From positions 3,844,001-3,908,000 of the forward strand of contig JAYWIR010000001.1 in NCBI GenBank assembly GCA_036172245.1: 64,000 nt of DNA. Reading direction: 5' to 3'. Made by a program: the position numbers and the translations under genes. Below the pieces are notes generated by a model. The model had not been told where the DNA came from. It saw only the letters and a program-made list of their open reading frames with translations, and ran no database searches. Positions 38,601 through 51,600 of the stretch are shown here, piece by piece (position 1 is the first letter of the stretch; each line of letters opens with the position of its first letter). The stretch comes from Raillietiella orientalis (taxonomy: Eukaryota).

Positions 38601-40324
38601 AGGCAAGCCGGGAATCACCTTAACTTGTTGTGTATTAATCTTTACTGAATAAGAATCAGGTAATGAAGAGATCAATAAAAGAAAGTCCAAGTTTCGATGA
38701 CAACCCCTTTTCAAGATCAGGTACCGGGATGCTGACGGGACGAGAAATTCTGAAAGGAGGCAGCTAACTCTCGTGAAACATCGGATGCTAGGAGCCCCCA
38801 AAGTCTGAAGAGCACGTTGAGAGAGATTATGTTGTTGTTGATCGGAAACGATTAATTTCCCTAGAAGCTAGCTTTAGCTTGGTGACTGCACTCTCAATTC
38901 ATTATACTTGTACAGTAACATGTATAAATGGTGCACTGAATTTCTGCTTTATATCACATAGTAGGTATACAACGAAGAATCCAAAGAACTCAATGTGTTG
39001 CGTCCGCTTTTTCCACAATCAAAATGTTACCACCGAGACTTGATGAGTACCTTATCTGATTTCAAAAGTGTCTGATCTCATTATTATTGTCAGTATTATC
39101 ATCACTTCGACATTCGGGCATTTAGAGAAAACCTGCAGCTTTCGTCCAAGCTGTTTCGCAGATAAACATAAAGGGCACGGTGCAAAATCAACCATTCCCT
39201 CCGGACACGGGCAATTTCAATTCCTTCTTCAGGTGATTCCAAACGCACGTCGATAAAGCAAATGATTCGTAGACATCGGACATCAAGGAAACACCTTCAG
39301 GCGTAGATGCAGCTTGCCACACTTGATGGAACCTTTGGGCCTTCTGTTCACCTCTTGTGCACTGAGGGTTTGGCGTTTCTTCTTCGGAAGTCGGGCTGCC
39401 CGACCACATCCTTCGTGATCATCGCCTTTACCGGGGAAACTCGGACGTCTCACACAAAAGCTGAACTTTATGGGCGCTGGGTAATCGTTTTGTCAATACC
39501 AACTCCGGAAAAGTTCTTTCCAAAATTGACTAGCAGCACTTGGATCACAAAGGATTCTCCGAATACAGGGCGCCGGTTCAGAGATTTCGTTGACATCAGC
39601 TGCTGCCGAGAAAGCCTTCTGCAGTAAGAGAAACGCACAAATACCTGAGTTGCACTTTTATCGCAATCAATGTTTTGTGTCAACAGGTAGATTCCTGCTT
39701 CCTGTTTTCCTAGATTGGTTACTCATGCTAATATACCGGTTATTCTATTGTATCTGCTTGGAAGACTTCATTAATAATTTTAGAATGTATATTTGTTCGA
39801 TAGACGGTAGCGGACTGCTGATTGTGAACCAAAGCAAAAGCAACAGATGAATATTTTAATGCATACTTACATGCAGTGACAGAAGACAAATGAATGGCTT
39901 TTTTCTTCATACCCAGAGGGTCTTGTGCTTAACTTAATGCAAGACAATATCTCAATACCAAAGAACACACATAAAAAAATGAAACGTCTTTAAAATCCTA
40001 AACTCAAAACATTAGTTTTATTTTCCAACAAAGACAATTCATGCATTTGTTTCCACGTAACTATGTTGTCAGTGGCTTGTTTGGAGTTTCATGATTTCTT
40101 CTGCTGAATTTATAAGAGTCTGATAGGTAATACACCAGAAATTAAACATGAGAAGGAATTAGACAGTCAATTTAAATCACACACCAGATTTTTAAAATCA
40201 CTGAATGCAAAATAACCAAAATGAAGGGTCACAAATGGCAATCCTAGAATTTTTAATATCAATTACATCATAAATCACAGCCTGCCTCATTCTTTAGTTT
40301 TGACTCCAAGAATTAAAAACTATG

Positions 40325-43300
40325 TTATGGATGATTACTGAAAATTTCACATAGTTTGCTTTTATGTTCTTCACTTAATTGATTTAAGCAAGCTTTAAAT
40401 AAGTCAGCATTGCTTTGAACTTGATGGACAATATAGAGCATGCGATTATACAAAGGATCGGAATCTTTAAAAACTTCTTTTATCCAAACCTCAGCAAAGA
40501 TCGCCAACAATCGTGGTAAATTAGTGTTATTCATTCCAAGAATGATGGGGTGATTTCTATAATAAAAACGACTCTAGTTTAGGCAGTTAATCTAAAATAT
40601 GCATTACCTTTCAATCAAATCACACAAATAACCATAAATGTATCGAGCTTCTTCTTTATCTTCACTAACTGGAAGCCATCCCAGCCAATGTGCAAGAAGT
40701 TCATCTGTATTGAGGCCATTAGAATTGTACTGTATAATTTTGGTCACAGCACTGATGGCATTTTCTGTTGCATAGACATTCTCAGGAGAGCGAGAATCTG
40801 GATGATGGATAACTTCTGCTAATTGTGGGATGGCTCTTGCACATGCAGCAGAAAACAGACTGCCACCAAACTGACCCATGAGACCACAACCATATGCAGC
40901 AGCTTGACGTACTTCAGGATACCTAAAATATAGCACAGCCCCTGAATATGCATTCTATAGAATTACATATTCCTTACATGTCTGTTATATGTTTCAACAT
41001 GGGTTCCATAAAAAATTCATGATATTTATAGCTATTTGTGCCACCAAATTCGATAATGTCGTCGAAAACACATAAAGCCCACTGATGATCAGGCCAAGGG
41101 CGATTAGGTTCCTGCAAATTTTATAGCATACTTTCTTCCTAAACTAGAGTTTACCAGAAGTCTGTTGAAATAAGGCAGCAATTTATCAAAATATGGAAAG
41201 AAGCTTTCCTTGTAGGATGAAAACATAGCATGCATAACATCTGCAACTTTACTAAGTATGAATACATCTTCTTCTAACTGCCCTTCCAGTTCTTCTTCCA
41301 AATCTTCATCATAGTCTTCATGCTGCCTTTTTGTGAGTCTTTCCTGATATCTGGTGAAATGATCCTGCAATATTTTTTCCATGTTCGAGAGCATCTTCAC
41401 CATGTTATCCTCTGAAAGACAAGGTATGCCTAGCACCTCAATGCACTGAGGCCACATAAGTTAAATGGTAAAAAAACCATTACCATAAATACCTTAGCAA
41501 AGCTATTCAAATGTTCATAAAGAACATCATTTTCAGGCTCTGATTCAATAGCATTTAAGAGTTCAGGACATACGTACACCCACATGTCTTGCACATAAGC
41601 ATCACCTATAACAAAACAATAAGAAAATCTATCAAGGATCCTTATTGTGCGTACCCTTTATTTTAGAACATTCTAGAAGATATGGAAGGCACTCAGCTGC
41701 AGATGTCCGCACTCCATCATGAAAATAAAACCGAAGCATTGGAACCATAAGTTTCACAACTTGTTCTGCATAACCAGCAAATCCATCCTTTAAATCTTTT
41801 GCATAAGAAACCAGTAGCTGACAAGCATTTGCTTTATCCTCCAATACTAAAAATCAACAAAATTTAGAGAGTGGTATAAGCACGAAAAAACAAAACCTGC
41901 AGTCTTAATTCCAAAGCTACGCTGCTCTCCAAGGGAAACAAATTGCCATTTGTTCCCTTCTACTAAAGCCATGTCCTCTGCATCCAACACAAATAATTCA
42001 GGCTTCAAGGATGCAGTGATCATCACAGGTCCCATAACCAATGGAAGATAAGGCTCGAATTGTTTTCCTGTGAACAATATAAATTACTTGTTTCATAATA
42101 AATGTGAGTCTAGCTCACCCATTATTTTGCAAAGTCTTGCCCAAGCTGAAATCATATAGGAAAGCTGGGGATCATCAGCTGCCAGTTCCTCTTCTCCCAT
42201 CTGAGTTTTCAGCAAGACACTCATGATGTCATTAGCATCATCCATAAACTATCGGAAATAACAAGATGGTGCTTTAAAATAAATTACCTTTTCTGAACCG
42301 ACAGCCAAGCCTATCAGACTTATGCATTCAATGACTTTACCCCTGAGTAAGCGCAAATCTGGAGTGACAGCATTTTGTAATATAAATTTGAGATATGGCA
42401 TGAATCTAAAATTATACAAATGATGATAAAACCATAAAGCAAACTTACAAACCTATCATAGAAAACTATGAATTTTTCTTCAGCTGTATCAGCAACTGAT
42501 GCAATGGTTGTGACAATCTGCTCAAGCACTAGTTTCTTTGAATCCTCCATGAACTAATTTACAAAGTGACTCTTACAGAAAAGGCATCACTAGTACACTT
42601 ACTTGAGCGAATTTCCGATTCAATACCTCCTCAAGTTTTGCAGCAATGCTTTCCAAATGCTGGGACAAAATCTCTTTGGGGCATTCCTCACAAAAATTAA
42701 CAAGTGCAGCACCAGCATGAGCCTGTACTCTTGGACACTGTTGATCATCCAGCATCACCAACAAGTTAGGAATGAACTTTTGATGAAATTTTTTTTCGAA
42801 CACTGGAGAGAAATCCGTAGCCATTTGACCCAAAGCATTGCAACAAGCATATCGCACACGAGGATGCTGAGTGAGAATGCTAGCGTTATCAATTAAAGGA
42901 TTCATTATTTACAGGATCTTGTAGATAACGTAATGTAACATCGAATATCTGAGATAACACATTTTGCATTTGCTTGTGACAACCTTCACCAACAGCTGAG
43001 ATAGCTATCAAAGCTGCATGTCGATAGTGCCAATCCTGATCGGTAAGCATCTGATTGACATGTTGGACTATCAAAGGAAAAACAGTCTTCCCACCTAAAT
43101 GGCATGCTAAACGATCTAGGGAAGTTTCAGCTACTGCTGCATTACTAAAATCTATCATTCCAGTACTCTTTTACTCATTTTACATCACCTATTGTTGTCA
43201 TCTTCTTCATTTTCATCTGAAGTAGTCCAATCATCATCATCTTCAATGTCTGTCATCATTAGCAGTAGCTGTAAAAATTAAAAACGTTTTTGTGTTAAAA

Positions 43301-45688
43301 ACAAATGGAAGATAGAAAACATGTTTGTATTTTTACCTGGGGAACTAGAATTGTTATGTATTTGTTGCCACGTTTCCTAATCATCCCTGGAGCAACTTCA
43401 GCTAAAGTAACTACTGCTTCAACAGTCAACTGTTTCCAGTTATCTTCCATATCTTGGTTATTAACCACTTTGATGCACATGTCAAGGACAGCTTCCAGCT
43501 GAGGTCTTATGAAGTCATGAAGGTTTTCAACCAACTCTATGAAATTCTTGAGCACCTGGTCATCTTGATGAAGTTCGATGGTACGAGCAACTACCTGAAA
43601 ACAGCTTATGTATTAAAAGATATACCTTACACATAGTCTCACTTGCACTAAGGGACCAGAAATGCAACCAAAGTGATCAAGTATGCTCTTATCTCCATTG
43701 CACTCCAAGAGGAACGAGATTGTTGCCTTTGCTGCTGCCACTTGCACCTGATGTATATTCCTGTTTTAAATTCCACAAGAACAACTTGCAAAGAGTATCT
43801 GTATGCAATATGCATTCAACAAGAGATTTTGTCTCTATACCTACCTCGTAATGATTAAAATCTAATAAATTCTGAAGCAGCATCTGTTGTATGATACTTA
43901 GGTAATTTCCCTGTTGATTCCCAAACACACCTGGTACAGAGCTGAAAAAATATGCTAACTTTTGATCAAAAATTACGAATTATATTTAAAAAGTTGACCA
44001 GAATACAGAAGTGTAATTGTAGTTAACTACCTAAACTCATTGGTCTATAGATACTCAAAAATTACCACAAAATCCTCTTCACAAGTATAAATTCAGTATT
44101 TTTTGGAATCTCAATTATAAATATGACTAATAAATATAATTTGACTAAACATGCGGATGGCCTATCGCAGCATCTGTGCGATAATAATGTAATCCATGTA
44201 GTATTTTGATACTTCACCCAAGAAACTCAAGAAAAAGAGCTTTTCACACAAGTTATGGGATTTGAAAATTAATTATGGTTCCATAATACTGTTCATTTGA
44301 TATATATGGACACAAAGATTAGATTCCATTTTTCAAAGTACACAATGCTTTTGTCTAATCTCCTATGTTTTGAATTTTTTTTTGACTAAAAAGCAAATCA
44401 AAACAAAAGAAAAAAAAAGGACTACACTACAAAGATAATCAAGATAGACATGCATTTCCATTTGCTGACTCACGGATATATTACACATTCTTTCTTAAGA
44501 ACTGTGGAATTTTATGACTTTATTTATGAACACTTACATAGAAATAATTTGACTGGTACAGTAGTTGATTAGAATGTATCTATTTTAAACAATTATCTGT
44601 ACAAAGAAAGCAAACACACAAGTCCAGATAGTTTTTTTTCCTGAAAGACAATCTAAATCTGTTTTCCCTGAACTTGCAGCAAATGCTACTGAATAAATTA
44701 TTTTATCATACTAGTAAATAGAAGTCATTAAACTTTTGGGGGGGCTTAAGAGCACAAGGTACAGCATTAATGCAATTTACTAATATTTGTGTTTTTTATA
44801 AAGAAAAGGGAAATTAACAATGCAAAGTATGCAAAGCATCAATTTAAAAACAATCAAAATAAAATATGTAGACAAATGCTATTTTTCCTGATGTTTTGGT
44901 AGATGCCTTGGTCTCTATGTTGACCAGCTTAATTTTAAAATTACAAACCATTATCAACACACACAAAAAAAGATGTGCATCAGGAATATTCTGTATAAAG
45001 TACATGGAAGTTATTCATATACTGCTATTAAATTTTAAGTATCTACAAGAATTTATTAGTTGTTCTGCAAAATTAAGAGGGTAACAACATATCCTGATAA
45101 TGTTTGACATTAAGTTATTACCTGAACATGCATAATCCGCATTCCTTTAGTTCTGGCTGTGGAGAATTTGTGCAGTCGAACAAAAACTGTAAGAACTCAG
45201 GCCACTTATTATGTCCATCATCATCAACCAAATTCCGAGCTAATTCAGCAGCTACATCACAAAATTTTTTTCGCAGACTACCCTTTACATCTAGATGAAC
45301 CAACTGAAGGATTTCACTTCTGAACTGGGCTTGTGATTCCACAGACAACTTGGATATAAACAGTATTGTTAACCTCAACTTTGTTCAGAAACACTGGCTT
45401 ACCTTATTATAAAAATCATCAAAATCATTAGTAATTAAGCGTCTCAGAAGAACCACTGTCATCTGTCGAATCTCTTCAGCTTCTGTACTTTTTGTGGAGC
45501 ATGCAAGCAAAAGAGAAGCCTTTTTATCTAATGCTATTCCATCATAGGCATTCTGGAGAGGATTAATTTTAATATAATTTTATCATTTTTCAAAAAGCAC
45601 TTACCTCTGCTTGAGTCCGCACATTATTATCTAAACTTAATAAGCCATTAATTATACTGGCAAACTGACAATGCTCGTCACCAGACAT
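40325..45688 (-). CDS. IPO5: Importin-5 (karyopherin beta-3/RanBP5), multi-exon
   Basis: [113 protein letters not shown] and [15 protein letters not shown] at 45688, stop at 40325. Confidence 0.96.
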
Positions 45689-48600
45689 CTTTCTGTAGTA
45701 ATCCAGATGATGAACTTAAATACTTTTAAGATGAACTCTAACTCCCAGTGCATTTACATTTGCTTAAGAAAAATGACAAATTTATTACCAACTAAACCTT
45801 TTTATACATAATATAGTCAAGAGAAATTTACAAATCTACACCTACAGATTTAAGATATCGGTATTGCAATACGCGGCAAAATTCTAACAAAATACATTAC
45901 AATTATTTAGAAATTTTGTTTTTTACGTTTACAAATTCGTAAAGATATTTGTAAAAAAAAATTCGGGAATGCTTGGAGACTATATGAGTCACTTATGACT
46001 TTATGAATCACTGAAACCATGAGATCGTGCCTGCCCTACTTCTCGCAGAGATAAAATCTAATTAACTTTAACTTACAAAACTTTGCAAAACTTCAGATCC
46101 TGAAGTCACACGGAAACGAACACAACAGCACATACACACACACACAAAACAAAAAAAAAAACTGCAACTGCAACATCGATTCTAATTCGTATGACTCAAG
46201 AATTTACTTTTTAATTTCCGCTGCACCATCTTTTTTAGCAATGTTCAGAAAAGGAAATTTCTTTGCAATTTCAAGCACTTAAGCAAGCTTATCAATACAA
46301 AGTTCGATTTGCACGTTTGCATAAATTTATAAATCGGAGCAGATACAAAACAGTTCTGTAGCGTAAACAGATTACGGTGAGCAGATTCTCTCTGCATCTT
46401 TTGAAAACATTAACTGTATCCTTCAAAATCAAACATTTCATATCACAATCATGCTACACCGTCGCACGGGTTATCCAAGTCCTGCGAGCGCGAAACACGT
46501 TGGAGTAATGAGAAAACCAGAATACCGTTTTATGCATTAATTGCTTTTTTCAAAATCAGTCAAATAGGATTATAAAATAAAATTTACCTAAATATCATTT
46601 TGTATAAAATATCAGTTTGAGATAATTCTTACATTGGAATTATTCAAGAAAAATATTTTTACCTATTGGAAATTTTTTTTTTCACACGCAATCGAAAATT
46701 TCTGGCATATTTAAAAATACCAATTGCTTAATTTGAGACATAACTTTATACTTAGTAATAAATCTTATTTGCATAAATCTGTTTATTTCATACTAGTACT
46801 TCGTACTACTTCTTAGTTTACATATTTAGTGATTTCGTAACTAAACGAGCAATCCATTATCAATAACAATAAAAACGGTTATTAATGCATGTTATTATTG
46901 TCGAAATCTAGAACCACTAATACGTCTACATGATGCAACTAAAAAAAAAATTCAAGGATAGGAATATAGAAAACTGAGTTAATTTCAAATTAGTAAATAA
47001 AGAATCTATTTGCACATTGTCAATAAATACTGATGATTATTGTGAACAAAATAGTCAAGCCACACAAAAGTAAAACAACAATAAATTATTTACGATCTTA
47101 GAAAAATGATAAACTGATAGTATATGATAATTATTATCTTGAGAACGTAGCAATTACCTGTAACTACACTTCATCAGTTACACTGCATTGTTTGACCTTC
47201 ATGATATCATTTTATTACTTTTTGTTTCCCATAAATAAATTTTACATCAAACAGAAAAGTTCATCCAAGTTTCTACAAGGATTTCTTCACGTTGCATTCT
47301 CATTTACTAGGAACTTCCCATTTTATATTTTTATTTTATACATGACGCAATATGAATACTTTGTTCCATTCAAAGACATCTTGACTTTGAACGATCACTC
47401 TATGCTATTCTCTCACGTCAGTCTATTTTTGTTAGAACACTATCATATATTATAAACTTGTGCAAATCCTCAACCATTGAAGACTTAGTACAAACAATGG
47501 AAACGAGGCAAAGTATGATGGTCACAGGATGAATGAATTAAAGTGGATAAAAATGCAATGCAATTAATTAAAAAAAAAAAAAAACATTCCCTGCGAAATT
47601 TAAGATTCAGTGAGAAACGAAATCAGAGATGGATACATGATGTTTACACTTCCCTTCCATTCCTGATCGAGGTCTGAACAAGCATCTCTCTTCTTTTTCA
47701 CTTCAGCTACTCTGGAACCACAAAGCATTTGTCCCTGACATGGATCGCTCAACACGACAGTTTTGTAAGATGCTATACGGAAACAACATGGTAGCATGTT
47801 TTTAATGAATTTCTCTAGTTATGATAAACCAAAGAATTTCGTTGGATAAATCATCTGGATCTCACACCAATTTTTCCGTTAACCAGAGATTTTTTTCGGC
47901 TTTGCTGCCAGGTTACTGACCTAACTGAATTAATACGAGTTCCTGCAAGTGGATGTTTTTGCAGCTTTTCCTTCTAAGAAGCAGCAAAAATTCAGTTCCG
48001 GAAGCAATCGAAAAAAACGGTCGCTTTGTGCGGTCACTGCCATATTGCGTTAATGTTGAACTCGGCACATGTTACATCATCTGTGAAGCTCAAATCCAAT
48101 ACGCCCTTCTTTTCGTTGATTTACTAGACTCAACACCCTTCTTCACAAGAATATTACTTACAAGAGCGGATTGAGCCTCAAAGCCTCTTCGAAATCCATC
48201 GTTTCGGTAGTCTTTGGTGCATGTTGATCGAGACTAACCATCTTGAGAGAACCTATGCCCTGCTGGTTTTCGAATGAGCGCTTGCCGAGGGAATGAATAA
48301 TCAGCACTTGTAAGTTGAAGATTCTTTTTCCCATCCAGTCGTTGCGGCCGTACCATCCATGCCAGTATCCACAAATCCACTAAAAAAATCGCAAGGTTAC
48401 TACAGATGGTGAATTGAAAGCCCAGTTTTGCCTTTGTCTTTGATAGACCCCTGCAGAAAAACAACTGTCCCGTTATTCCTCATTTTTCGATCTAACAAAC
48501 GAAGGTTGGAGGCTTTACTTTGGAGCCACCCATTCGATCCGAACTCATTGCCTGCGGATTTCTCCATGAAATGCTCCCCAGTTCCCACGCCACTAATCCA

Positions 48601-51600
48601 TCCACTGATCGTCCTATCAGGGAATCGCGCCTTACCGTGTTCGTAGAACGCGTCTTCGCTGGAGATTTTCATGACAATTGCTAAGCAAGCCGCAGTCATA
48701 CTCATCGAGGGCAGGTGCATTCCTTCCGCCAGCCATCAGCCCTATCAACAGGTACTTGGTCTTCCGAGCCTCTGGGGTTTGACTGTTTTGTCCGAATTTC
48801 AAGCTACTTTGTTGGCTCAAAAGCTTACTAAAAGTAAAGAATCTGCGAGAATGGTCCATGCTTTTGCCGATCAGGCAGCCGCACCTAGCTGAAAAATGCT
48901 GCTTCCTCTATGAAACACGGCAGAATTTGATGCTCCCTCCACAAACACCGCACTCATTTGGTGGGACGGTTTCCATTTCCAGTCCAAATAGAGGCCAAAT
49001 CTGCATAATTTCGTCCAGTCACACTCTTTGCGGCTTGCACTGGATGCATTTTCATCCGTTGGCCTCTTCTTTCAGCCTCCCTCTCGTGTTACTTCCGGAA
49101 TCGACGTCGTCTTCAATAGAATTATCTCACTGATCATTTCTAATCAAGTATCCGTGTCACTAATCGATTGCTCACAAGAGCGATGGAAATGAATCCCGGA
49201 TTCCAAGATGTGACACAGGACCAAGAGAGTTGCTTTTAAGCAACGATCAAAGGATCAAAAAATGCAAAGCAAGTGAAAACTCGCCCTCGATGATGCGGGT
49301 TGTCTCATCATTAATTTCGTACACTTGAAGTGGCCTCATCGGGACAAGATGATTAACAAACGCAACGTTTGGCCTATCTCGGGCTTCAAACGTTCAGACG
49401 CTATCGATGCTATCAGCTCAAGCTAAGATGAATGGTATGCTGTCTGCCTGTACCAAACTAAACCCTAGTCACGTTCTTTGCAGTGACTCTAATTTTCGTC
49501 CTAATTCGTAGCTCCAAACACACGTTTCCTTATGTAATGAAGTCTTCGGATGTCTTTGAAACTTTATAAAGCCCTTTTGAGATGCCTTCGAAGTTAAAGG
49601 GTATCTCGGAAGCCCAGTTAAAAAACGCTTCTTCTGCCTTGCTGTACTGTAATCTAATAACGGTAAAATCTCAATAACTTGTATTAGTAGTACATCGGTA
49701 GAAAGATAAAGAATCGAATCAAAGGGACGGCTACAAAACTGATTGGTTCACACCGCAAACATTTCAACCATCTCAAACAAGCTGCAGCAGATGAAATAAG
49801 CAAGGCGAACCTGACCTAAAGGTTCTGAAGCAAAGAAATGGAAGCTGATGCTGAAACAGAGCCACTTCGTCGGTTAGAAGATGCAAGGCACCCGCATGCA
49901 TGGATACGTAGCATACGAAAAATGTGTCGACACGTGTTGCAAAATTATTGCAAGAGCTGACTCATGAGAATGCTTGAGGCACTCTTTGACAAAAAATTTG
50001 CGGAGCATGAGGTTCTTCAGAACAAAAAATGTGCTTTCTGAATCCGAGTCAGTACAAACACAAGAGTGTAAACAGGCAGGGATTTCTTCTTTTCCCATCT
50101 GTGCATTCATGCGTGTAAGTACATTCAATATTATGTGTTCCCTCCTTATATTTCAGATGCTTTCGAAATTGCAACATGCATTCAAATTCGGGAAAAACCA
50201 GGGGTTTAAATTTCCAAGGAAGACAACTCCATCAGCTTTTATTGATGTATTACCGAAAAACATGGACTGATTATTCGGTTCTTTAGCTCAAGATTTGGTT
50301 CGTACAAGCTATCTCTGTTTCTTTTATAACTATAGTGTAATGACTCGGTGTTGTGCGGCGAGACTGCATTCAATATATGTGCAATGGATCTTGGAAACAC
50401 AATCTGATTCACAAATTTCTCGTGTGTGTCTGTTTTTGTACAGTGATATGCGTGCCTTTGAGAATGTTTGGCAAATGCTTAGAAATTGTGTATGAAAAAA
50501 TAGAAGATTAGGAGAAAGCGAAATCACAAAGCATGAAATTTTATCCCACCGTTCACCATTTGAGCGAAAAAGAAATCAAATAATGGAATCCTTTGCAGCA
50601 TCCGCAATACCATGCTGAGCAGGAATTTGGTATTTTAAGGATTACACGCCAAGTGCTTCATCCATTCTATTTTAGAAAGTTTGGATCGGTGTTCTAGTTC
50701 ATGTGTCGAAGATGAAATGCGAGATGCTATGCACAGTTTTCACAAATGCTTTGTATCTCCAGATACTGCGACTAGGTGTGACGTTACATGTGCTCGAAAT
50801 CACATCTATTTTGCTAAGTAAAAGCCCAATTAGTTCGGAGAGTTTCGCTTTCCCTTTTCCCTTTGGTGACCGCATATATCCTTCGTTTCGTCTGCTGGAT
50901 GTTGGGACAGGAGGAGCCGCCCATCAGCATGTCGCTTGTTTAGACAACATTAATGAGCTCTTCACGTAAAGTTGGAAGGATAAACAAGACAAAGCACGAT
51001 CTAATTTTGGAAACCTTGGCGGTTCTTGGAGCAGTCCGTGTACTCGAGGAGGGAGAAGAAGAACCAATGTATGCGGGAGAAAAATTCCTTACAGGACACT
51101 TCAATCGAAGCAGTCCTAATCAGACCAATTAAATTTCTATCCTGGAAGTGGAGATGGCTGTAAGGCTGTCGAGCACGAATACTCACATGAAAACCTGCCA
51201 GCGGATTTCTTGCGAGTCAAACGAGTTCTGTGTGTTACGTTTGGCAGTTGGGACTTTCTATTTGATGGATTTCAGTGCGAAGACCTGTTATAATTCTTGT
51301 CACAGCAGGAACAGAATTCTAAAATGAAGTCCATCTTCTTATGATGGGATTGCAACAAACATTGTAACATTATTTCCCTGTGAGTTGCCATTCACAAGTG
51401 TGCACCGAACGGAGTCACTCTGATACAGATGTTTCGGATGGAGGTCAGAGGCTAACAAACTGCATGTTCTGTGAACTATTCGGTGCTCACGGGAAAAGTA
51501 TAAAAAACTGGCATCCTCGATTTCATATGAACACATGGAAAACTTGGGAACACCTTCCAAAAGCACAAGGCTGTTGCGTTCTTCCGTCCTTCTAGAAGTG

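Noticed and set aside
40915-40923. GTATCCT in IPO5 as a second U12 donor
   Set aside because: It is the start of a coding exon (M|YPEVR), right after an AG acceptor.
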